Source of the DNA: Octopus sinensis
Taxonomy: Eukaryota
Assembly: GCF_006345805.1 (NCBI RefSeq)
Contig: NC_043008.1
Span: 51,088,001 to 51,152,000 of the forward strand
Reading direction: 5' to 3'
DNA length: 64,000 nucleotides
Made by a program: the position numbers and the translations under genes. The notes beneath the pieces are model-generated. The model was not told where the DNA came from. It saw only the letters and a program-made list of their open reading frames with translations, and searched no databases. Of this stretch, positions 53,631 through 64,000 are shown in pieces (positions within the stretch are counted from its first letter, which is position 1; each line of letters begins with the position of its first letter).

Positions 53631-54264
53631 ACCACGAATAACACCGTTAATAAATATGAAATCGTCAGTTATGTCTAGAAATCGACATTATTAATTTCCA
53701 ATTGAACCTTTTTTTTTTCCTTTTGCTTTTTCGGCAGATTTTCATTATTAAAAAAAAAATTATACGAGCAAAGATAATTTTAACTTAAACCTTTATACAT
53801 TCATTCATTTATTTATTCATTACATTTTGTGATAATATTTATTGATTGAAAGCAAAGGTACGAGCTTCATTCTAAACCTGTCAACGTAACTATTCTGGTT
53901 TTAATAAGATTTTCTGTGACAGTTTATAAATAAACGTGTAGTAGCGAATAAGTGTGAAGGCATCTGCGATTTCGTTGCGTACGTAGTGGAGGTTCCGTGC
54001 ATGCTTCGTGTGAAGTTTTATAAATACTTGTCTAAGTGTGTATGTCTATAGATATCTAAGAGTGTATATGTTTATGTGTGTCAGTGTGTGTTTGTTTGTT
54101 TGTGTGTGCTTATAAACGTGTTTACAGTTCTGTTATGCATACTAAAATTTACCATTCATGATTGTACATGCATGTACATCTTCTTTAAACACACTTACAG
54201 ACATACGTGTGTGCCTGTTAGCCCCCTCGCAACAAATTTCCGGCTTTTGTATATAGTAGAAAGG

Positions 54265-54321
<57 letters not shown>

Positions 54322-54334
54322 ATTATTATTATTA

Positions 54335-54376
<42 letters not shown>

Positions 54377-54419
54377 TATTATTATTATTATTATTATTAT
54401 TATCATATTATTATATTAT

Positions 54420-55029
54420 TGAGTGAGAGAGCATGCATGCCATCAAATGACACTGGGTAAATATACGAAGACCAATATACCCCTCATGACCTACCCGTCT
54501 GATAAGGGTACACCAGGCACATGCATCACAACCAAATGTGCGCGACATGGTGATCTCGTATCAAGATAAACAGCACATCACCTTGCAGGTGGGGCCCAGT
54601 TAGAATTTTTATTATTATTATTATTATTATTGAGTGAGAGAGCAGTGCATGCCATCAAAGTGACACTAGGGTAAAATATACGAAGACCAATATACCCATC
54701 ATGACTACCCGTCTGATAAGGGTACACCAGGCACATGCATCACAACCATATGTGCGAGACATGGTGATCTCATATCAAGATAAACAGCACATCACCTTGC
54801 AGGTGGGGCCCAGTTAGAATTTTCTTCTGCTCGAGTAGCTCATCCCGCTCAAAAGGTCCCGGAATAAGGGTTGTTTAAAGATGCTGAACGAACCACCCAT
54901 GTTTCCAAAGGTGAATTATCCAAACCTCTAAAAATTCCACTCAGCACACGCCTATGATGCTCCCCCAATACTTTTGCTCATGATCATCGATGCACATATC
55001 GTCAGCCACCAAAGGACATGGTCAACTGG
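54420..55029 (-). mobile_element. Family E retroposon: partial copy (54420-54610) plus longer copy (54631-55029), both bounded by (ATT)n
   Basis: Colinear with 38534-38940; ATT arrays on the left, in the middle and on the right. Confidence 0.85.
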
Positions 55030-55060
55030 ATATTATTATTATTAATAATATTATTATTAC

Positions 55061-55108
<48 letters not shown>

Positions 55109-55807
55109 CATCATCATCATCATCATCATCATCATCGTGGTCGTCGTCGTCGTCGTCGTCGTTGTCTACATCCTCCTCCACATTATGAAGATGTCGAGAG
55201 AAAAGTCTGACGGAAAAGAATTGCGTTGCGGCATATGTTCCCACTTGCATGTTCCGTTAAATTGAAAAGAAAAACTTCTTTTACTTTTAATATGAAAAAC
55301 GTTCGAGGAAAGTAATTACTGTTTACTTTTTATGAAGAACAATGAAAGAGATAAAATTGAAGTTGGCATTCAAGATATATCTTTGTACGACTCTGTACAG
55401 TTTAAGAATTCTGCGAAAACGTGTCAAAAGAACGTAAATCCATTGCTCGAAGTAACATGAGTTCTTGTCAATTATTCTTCAGTTTGTTCGTAGCTACACA
55501 AAATATATATATATTTGATGGAAAATTATTGTACCCATGGTGAAATTTATTTATCATTTTTTGTTTTCTTTTCATAAATCCATGGTTTTTGTTAGCATTT
55601 ATTCATACGCGTACGCACAGACACGTACATGCACGCAAGCGCACACGCGGGCGCATTTTGCGTATATCTGTAGACATGATTACATATGTATGCAGACATG
55701 TAGATCAAGAAAGACAAAGATAGTTATTGATATGCACATATACCCATGCCCAAAGACATGTGTGTGTATATATAATATGTATATATACAGACACGCATAT
55801 ATACATA

Positions 55808-55856
<49 letters not shown>

Positions 55857-55946
55857 AATGTAAATACGTTTTCCATATAAAAATTACAACATATTCAAAA
55901 GAGCGCATACGTACGCACGTGTCTGTGTGTATAAAAATAGATATTA

Positions 55947-55998
<52 letters not shown>

Positions 55999-56384
55999 TA
56001 TATATATACATATATGTGGGTGTATGTATGTATGTATGTATGTATGTATGTATGTATATATATATATATATATATGGCTTTATATACTTTATATATAAAT
56101 GTTTGTATATATATATATGATACACTTATGCGTACACACAAGCACAAACACACGCGCACGTACATATACACTTATTTACTGACATGTAACCGAACCTCCA
56201 TTCAATTGAAATGAAAGTAATTCTCTTGTAGGGAATTCATTTCAGAATCCATAAAAGGGGAAATATTAAACCTATTAACAGTTATTAAAGTTCCATTGAA
56301 TTGCTATCAAATTATTATAAAAGTGCTTCTGGGTTTACGTTCACGAAGTCTATTTCTCCTCAGATATATTTTAATGAATAAACT

Positions 56385-57160
<776 letters not shown>

Positions 57161-57605
57161 AAACTAATAGATATTTGTAAATTTGGCAGTACTGCAAAGG
57201 AGGGGTTTGTGAGTATACGACGTATACCTCCTTTCAATGTTTTTAATATTTTATAAGTTCTGTGCGCCCAAAGTTTACACGTAGAGGCATTTCGTTGTTA
57301 CCTTTCCATTGTCTTTTTGTTAATAATAAATATTTAATTGTGTATCATAGTTGCACATGCATATTATATTTTGTGACCATAATGAAATGCAGAATACAAA
57401 TTAATTAATATAATGCTGTGCAACAAGAGTGGCTCGTTGTTCTGATCAAGCTCTTTGAAGTTTGGGGGTCTGTGAGCAGGTATGTGATCAGTGGGGTTTT
57501 TTTGTGAACGACAAAGTGAGGTTATGTTAAATCAGCTGGAGTTGGGCTGCACGTGTTAGTTCTTACTCTTAAGCAATGGCGAGGAGAGAAAGATGAATTT
57601 ATATC

Positions 57606-58203
57606 TATTTCTTTATTGCCGACAAGGGGGCTTACACAGAGGGGACAAACAAGGACAGACATAGGTATTAAGTCGATTACATCGACCGCAGTGCGTAACT
57701 GGTACTTAATTTATCGACCCCGAAAGGATGAAAGGCAAAGTCGACCTCGGCAGAATTTGAACTCACAACGTAACGCAGACGAAATACCTATTTCTATTTC
57801 TTTATTACCCACAAGGGGCTAAACACAGAGGGGACAAACAAGGACAGACATAGGTATTAAGTCGATTACATCGACCCCAGTGCATAACTGGTACTTAATT
57901 TATCGACCCCGAAAGGATGAAAGGCAAAGTCGACCTCGGCGGAATTTGAACTCGCAACGTAACGCAAACGAAATACCTATTTCTTTATTACCCACAAGGG
58001 GCTAAACATAGAGGGAACAAACAATGACAGACATAGGTATTAAGTCGATTACATCGACCCCAGTGCGTAACTGGTACTTAATTTATCGACCCCGAAAGGA
58101 TGAAAGGCAAAGTCGACCTCGGCGGAATTTGAACTCAGAACGTAACGGCAGACCAAATACCGCTAAGCATTTCGCCCGGCGTGCTAACGATTCTGCCAGC
58201 TCG
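57606..58203 (-). mobile_element. Tandem trimer of young SINE family B
   Basis: Three units of about 185 bp; only the rightmost keeps the head. TTATATC at 57599-57605 and 58206-58212. Confidence 0.92.
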
Positions 58204-58264
58204 TGTTATATCGTGTTAGTCTTTCTCATTAAATCATTTTGTTTTGTTAATATTCTGTGTAATA

Positions 58265-58925
58265 TGCAGGCCTGGATATGTAGTAAGAATATTGCTTTCC
58301 AGCCACATGATCTTGAGTTCAGTCCCACTGCGCGGCAATGGGGACAGGCTTCTTTCATTGTAGTTTAGGGGTGGGCAACTGCCTGGTTAGAGGATTTGAT
58401 AGGCGGAAACTGAAAGAAGCTCGTCGTAAACCCTAGAAGAAAGTGGTTCTTTTTTCCATTCCCCAAAGTGAAACTTTGGCCAGCACGGACTGATATCATC
58501 AGCCAGTGTTACTGAGGTTTATTTGGTGGACGGATGGAGTCTGAACGAAGCCTGTCGTACACACACACACACACACACACATACACACAAGTATATGTGT
58601 GTATATATATTATATATATATATTATATATATATATATATTATATATATATATATATAAGCCTGTCGTACACAAACTCACACGTGTGTGTGTGTGTGTAT
58701 CTGTGTTTGTATTGTTCTCCACCACCGCTTGTCAACCGGTGTTGGTTTATTGTCCCCGTAGTTTAGTGACGGGTCAACAAAAAAAAGAAGAAAGAAAAGG
58801 TACTAAAATAAGTATCGGGCATAAAAATAAGTATTTAGATCGATGTATTCGGCTAACATTTTCGAGACGTTACCCCCAGGGTGGTCGCTGTCGACTAACT
58901 GAGACAAGGAAAACTAAAAGATAAC
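58265..58925 (+). mobile_element. SINE family A fragments (diverged, rearranged)
   Basis: Head 58265-58427, second partial copy from about 58520 with tail to 58925. Confidence 0.65.
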
Positions 58926-59419
58926 GATGAAAAAAAAAAACTCAAATATTAGGCATCAGTGAAAAACGTCAATTTTTGTACAGTGACGCAAGGCAGGTAA
59001 ATTAATTACATTGATGAATGCATTTAGAATTCCTGCTCTATCGTAACCTTATCAAAACGTGACACTTGCATCAGTATCTGAGAGTTGACTGAGTACAGGG
59101 AAATCGATGAGACAATGGTAGTTCGAGTCGACTGTTCTACATTTTCAATCACCATAATTCTTTCATATCCCGAGGCTGTGAGTATTATTTTTCTAGTTTT
59201 TTTTCCCTTTGTATGATAGCAACATAATTAAGCGATTAAAAGAGAAGAGCAACGACGAAATGTAATATTTTATATTCATCAATACAAATGGATTTTTCCG
59301 CTCTTGTCAACTTTATAACGCGTGCTCTGTTTTCTACCGGCGAAACCCATCAACTATTTATAAGAAATCCTTGAATACACTTAGGAATTATAACCATAGT
59401 AATGATGATGATGATGATG

Positions 59420-59671
59420 ATTTCCAATTTTACCAAAAGGGCAGTAATTTTGGTGGGAGGGGATGAGTCGATTACATCGATCCGGAATTTGAACTCAGGA
59501 CGAAAGATCGATGAAATACCTATTTCTTTATTAATTTATTAATTTATTGACCCCGAAAGGATGAAAGGCAAAGTCGACCTCGGCGGAATTTGAACTCACA
59601 ACGTAACGCAGACGAAATACCGCTAAGCATTTCACCCGGCGTGCTAACGTTTCTGCCAGCTCGCCACCTTA
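59420..59671 (-). mobile_element. SINE family B (rearranged)
   Basis: Intact head aaggtggcgagctggcagaaacgttagcacgccggg, with an internal rearrangement at 59483-59535. Confidence 0.85.
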
Positions 59672-59702
59672 ATATTCCTCCATTTTCTGTTTTCTTTAAA
59701 TT

Positions 59703-59852
59703 GACGAAGACAGATGTGTAAACAGCAAACAGGTGTATTAGTTTAACGCTCGGATGTGTGAGAGTCTTCTACGTTTCGAGCCTACGCTCTTCAACAGAAG
59801 GGAACAGAGAAAATAAAGAGAGAGAGGATAAAAAAAAGCTTTAGTGTCTAGC
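59703..59852 (-). mobile_element. Short Penelope-like fragment with a hammerhead-like motif (59764-59802)
   Basis: CCCUU-CUGUUGA-A-GAGC-guag-GCUC-GAAAC-GUA-GAAGac. Confidence 0.6.
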
Positions 59853-60639
59853 GGTCGATCATATATATATACAAACATACATACATAGATCCTAATAATT
59901 CAATATTAATGAAGGTTGGACTTAATAAAAATCTCTGTGAAGATTGAGATGCCTAGTCATGAAACACAAATTCTATAAATAATGAACCACTGCAGGGCGA
60001 AGAACTGACTGAATTGTCAATGCTATATCACATGGTTTGTGCAATCTCTCCCTTATCTTTGTATTTTACGCCGACATTCTGTATAGCTTTTGGATCACCC
60101 GTTTCACCTTTCCATTGACCGGTGTGGTTTGGTAAGCTTATTCCCAGCATGGAAAAGAGAGCAGAAACGGCAAGCCGTGCCGATTATGCAGCTGTAGATG
60201 AAGACAGTGGCTGAAAAATTGTCCATGGACTAATAAAGAAAATGACTGGGTGTGAACAGTAGGCCACTTGTAAGGAGTTGACTGGATGTCAGCAGCTGAA
60301 AGGGTGCGATCAGTTATGTTCTGTATCTTTTATTGTTGCTGTTTACCAGGTTTACCTCGGCCATTTTTCAGATGTAAATTAAACAAAAAAATCCATATTT
60401 TCTTGGTAAATTTAACAAAAAAATAATACTGCCACACTATAGCGATCATTGACAAATAGTTATCAAGAATTATACCAAGGAATGCAGCTTGCATTTCCAA
60501 TTAGACTTAAATTTTATCGTCGATTAATAAATATTGACTGTAGTTTCTTCTCGTGAAAAAAAAAAATGAAAACAAGCTAAAAACAATATATATATATATA
60601 TAATATATATAATATATATATATATATATATAATCTATA

Positions 60640-60704
<65 letters not shown>

Positions 60705-61248
60705 ACGTTAAATTTTTGTGTCTTTTTCTTTCAATATTCTTTCAATTCTGAAATATTTTCTCAAGATATGCTTCTTTTCAAAAAACAAAAATAACAACAC
60801 AGCAAACAATACTGTCCTCTGTCACTTACGTCTTCCTTTTTTTGTGTGTTTTTGTTTGTTTTGTCTTCTATTTCGCCTTTCTGCCAATCTATTGGTATTT
60901 TCTATCGTTAAAGCGTGTGGTAGTAACAAGGGAAGACAAGCCAGTGAACTACTTTCATGAACTGGGTTATTCCTTTCTCATTTTACTTGTTACAGTAATT
61001 AATGCGCTATTGTCTGCATTTTCCAAAAGTTTGAATTATCAGATATTGTTAGAATTATCTCCCTTGCTTGATGCTTTTTAAAAATTAATATCTCTATTGT
61101 TATTTTCGAGTAATGAGAGATTCCAGTTCATTCTATTACGCATATTGAATCCTACAATATTTGTATTTACAGAACCGCCTCTAGAAGATTTCCCTTAGAT
61201 GCTTTATTGATATTTATAAAGAAGGGTCACTACATAAAGTTATTTCAT

Positions 61249-61292
<44 letters not shown>

Positions 61293-61703
61293 CATGTATA
61301 TATGACTTCGTTTTGTATACTACGAAGCAAAAACCCCTCTTGGCCGCAAAACTAAAATATATATATATACTAAAGCCTGTTTCTATACAAAATACTCGAA
61401 GCAGCACACGACTCCGTACTTTTCCTTACTCTCTTCCATCTTACTGACTTTCTTTATGTGTTTATACCAATCATATAAGTGAAATTCACCTTAAAATATT
61501 TATACCAATATAACTTCAGGTGAACTGTGAGGCAAAATTTGTTATTCTACGAAAACGTATCGTTATATCTCTATACTTCAAGCATACAAATACATAGAAT
61601 AACATTTTTCTCCACATATGTTGAAAAGTTAAACTTTTTTAAATTAATGAATAAGAAATCTCGTGATTTCCATTATTCTCCCTCTTGTGATATATAATAT
61701 ATA

Positions 61704-61755
<52 letters not shown>

Positions 61756-61760
61756 TATAC

Positions 61761-61800
<40 letters not shown>

Positions 61801-61901
61801 AGTGTTGAATGAATTATCTATTAAGGATAATTCGAAAGATAACCGATACCTGGGTAGCAAATTCACATCAGAAAGAACACGGTTGAAGCTACATCCCTAG
61901 A

Positions 61902-61946
<45 letters not shown>

Positions 61947-62719
61947 GAATGTTTGTATGTATATATGCATGTATGTATGTATGTATGTATGTATGTATGT
62001 ATGTATGTATGTATGTATGTATGTATGTATGTATGTATGTATGTATGTATGTCAATATCGAACAATGAGAATGGGTGCTCAACATCGCATTGGTGGATAA
62101 TTTTTTTTTATTTGTGTAATAAGGCTGTCGTTGTTTTCTTGTTAAGAAAAATATCAAAGTTTCACTGTCACTGAATTTTAGGTTTGCGCTATCAAGGCTA
62201 GTTTGGTGAGCATTTACATTACGCAACTTTAGCTACTAAAATAAAATTGCTTAATCCTGAAGAACTGTTATAAATAGTCTGACCTCAAAACCAAAGCTTT
62301 CATAATGAAAATAATTCCCGTACAGAGCAACACGTCCCGACAAGCAATGACTATTGATTAACTATATATTTATAAATAGAGTAAAAAAAAAAAAAACTAT
62401 GACCTTTTTCTTCGTCAAGGCTGTCCCGAACGGTTAATCAGCTATGTTGATCTTTTTCGTATTTGTTTTGAAGGTGGTGGGTGGCGTCTGTATTAATTAT
62501 TGCGGCTTCAGTGAATATCTATTAATTATCTTATCGACTCCTGGATAACTGAAATGCAAAGAGAATTCAGAAAGGGTTTGAACGCAGAATATAGTAAAGA
62601 CCGTAACTAGATGATACTTGACAATAGAATCGTATGCATTCTTGTTTGTTATGCAAGAAAGCAAGGTTTGTTTACTTATGATACATGTGGTCTGTCCCAC
62701 ACATTGACGGTATAATGTG

Positions 62720-62952
62720 AAGGCGGCGAGCGGGCAGAAACGTTAGCACGCCGGGCGAAATACGTAGCCGTATTTCGTCTGCCGCTACGTGCTGAGTTCA
62801 AATTCCGCTGAGGTCGACTTTGCCTTTCATCCTTTCGGGGTCGATAAATTAAGTACCAGTTACGCATTGGGGTCGATATAATCGACTTAATCCATTTGTC
62901 TGTCCTTGTTTGTCCTCTCTGTGTTTAGGCCCTTGTGGGAAGTAAAGAAATA
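62720..62952 (+). mobile_element. SINE family B, young full-length copy with 15-bp TSD
   Basis: GGTATAATGTGAAGG at 62709-62723 and 62953-62967; A/B-box head, Meta-like gcctttcatcctttcggggtcgataaattaagtacc, tail ...taaagaaata. Confidence 0.95.
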
Positions 62953-63239
62953 GGTATAATGTGAAGGTCAAGGCTGCACAGAGCCTTGCGGAGGAGAAAA
63001 AGACTACAGCAACCCATACGTTCTCAAAGGTTTATGTCAATAATTGTCCTTCATTGCATTGTGTTTGTTTTCTTTTATTTGGTGCAATCATTCAACTGTG
63101 GCCATGCTGGGGCATCGCCTGGAGTTTATTCTGTTGGTAACATTTGCCGAACCGCTAGTTGAGGAGACATAAAAAACACACACACGCACGCAAAGACACA
63201 CACACACACACGTACACACACACATACATACACACACTT

Positions 63240-63460
63240 GCCCATTTCAAGGCCATCCAAGGTGATGACAGTGTCGACCCAAAACCTTCATCCTCCTCTG
63301 TCTCCAGAACATCGTTTCTTATAGGAGCGGATGTGGCTAATACGACAGATGCAAGGAAGGCAAATCCTGTGGAACGTTCAGAATGACCCCGTTCAGAATG
63401 AACCCGTACAACAGTTGCAGAGTGTTTATGACGACGTATCCGCCTCCCTTCATGCAGTCT
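63240..63460 (+). mobile_element. Possible very degenerate Tc1-type transposase C-terminus
   Basis: HPPLSPEHRFL*ERMWLIRQMQ and QLQSVYDDVSASLHAV loosely resemble WPaxSPDLspIEhxWdxixRqlq and irhLYdsMxaRLhac. Confidence 0.35.
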
Positions 63461-63607
63461 CCCGCGTACAGTTTCAAAGTGCTCTACACCAGCATCACAC
63501 GGACTGTTATGCCTTCTGATTAACAGCTTGGAGGTTCGAACCGAGTTGAATGCACAGCACATAAAATGAGAAACAGCTTAAGGGGATCATGAAAACGAAG
63601 TGGTGGA

Positions 63608-63930
63608 CACATTCACAGACATACACAAACACACAGAAACACACACAAATACACACACAAACACACACACACAAACACAAATACACACACAGACACATAC
63701 ACACGCAAATACACACATGTACACACACACAAAGACACATGCACACAAATACACGCACACTCAGACATATTCACAAACACAGACATATTCACAAACACAC
63801 ACACAAGCACACACGCAAACACACACATGCACACGCACAGACATATTCACTAACACACACACACGCACACAAGCACACACGCAAACACACACACACATGC
63901 ACACGCACAGACACAAACACACGCTCACAT
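63608..63930. repeat. Degenerate (CA)n low-complexity tract
   Basis: Directly visible; source of the HT-rich ORFs. Confidence 0.9.
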
Positions 63931-64000
63931 TATATGTTATGTATAAAATTAGATATAAACTGCTATTGCTGAGCTTTGTGTAGATCATCATCGTCCAGTC

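Overview
AT-rich, microsatellite-dense eukaryotic DNA. The SINE and LINE families and the repeat style suggest a coleoid cephalopod, probably Octopus (inference). Almost all listed ORFs are microsatellite artefacts. The only host-gene coding sequence I can support is a 45-bp phase-0 exon on the minus strand (36599-36643, DEKNQIMTTNVWLRQ) with clean splice signals. It is the conserved short exon of a nicotinic acetylcholine receptor subunit, so the rest of the window is probably two very long introns. These hold many tRNA-derived SINEs (at least four families), relics of RTE/BovB, R4/Dong-like, Penelope-like and possibly Tc1 elements, a Helitron dimer, and several hairpin/fold-back elements. 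The most unusual signal is a set of minimal type-I hammerhead-ribozyme-like motifs with non-canonical cores in short Penelope-like fragments, best at 40468-40518 with a G3:C8 swap. In two inverted repeats, one arm has lost the motif. A TSD-flanked 720-bp insertion with an uninterrupted orphan ORF lies about 140 bp from the exon. All calls were made by eye; boundaries of old repeats are approximate.
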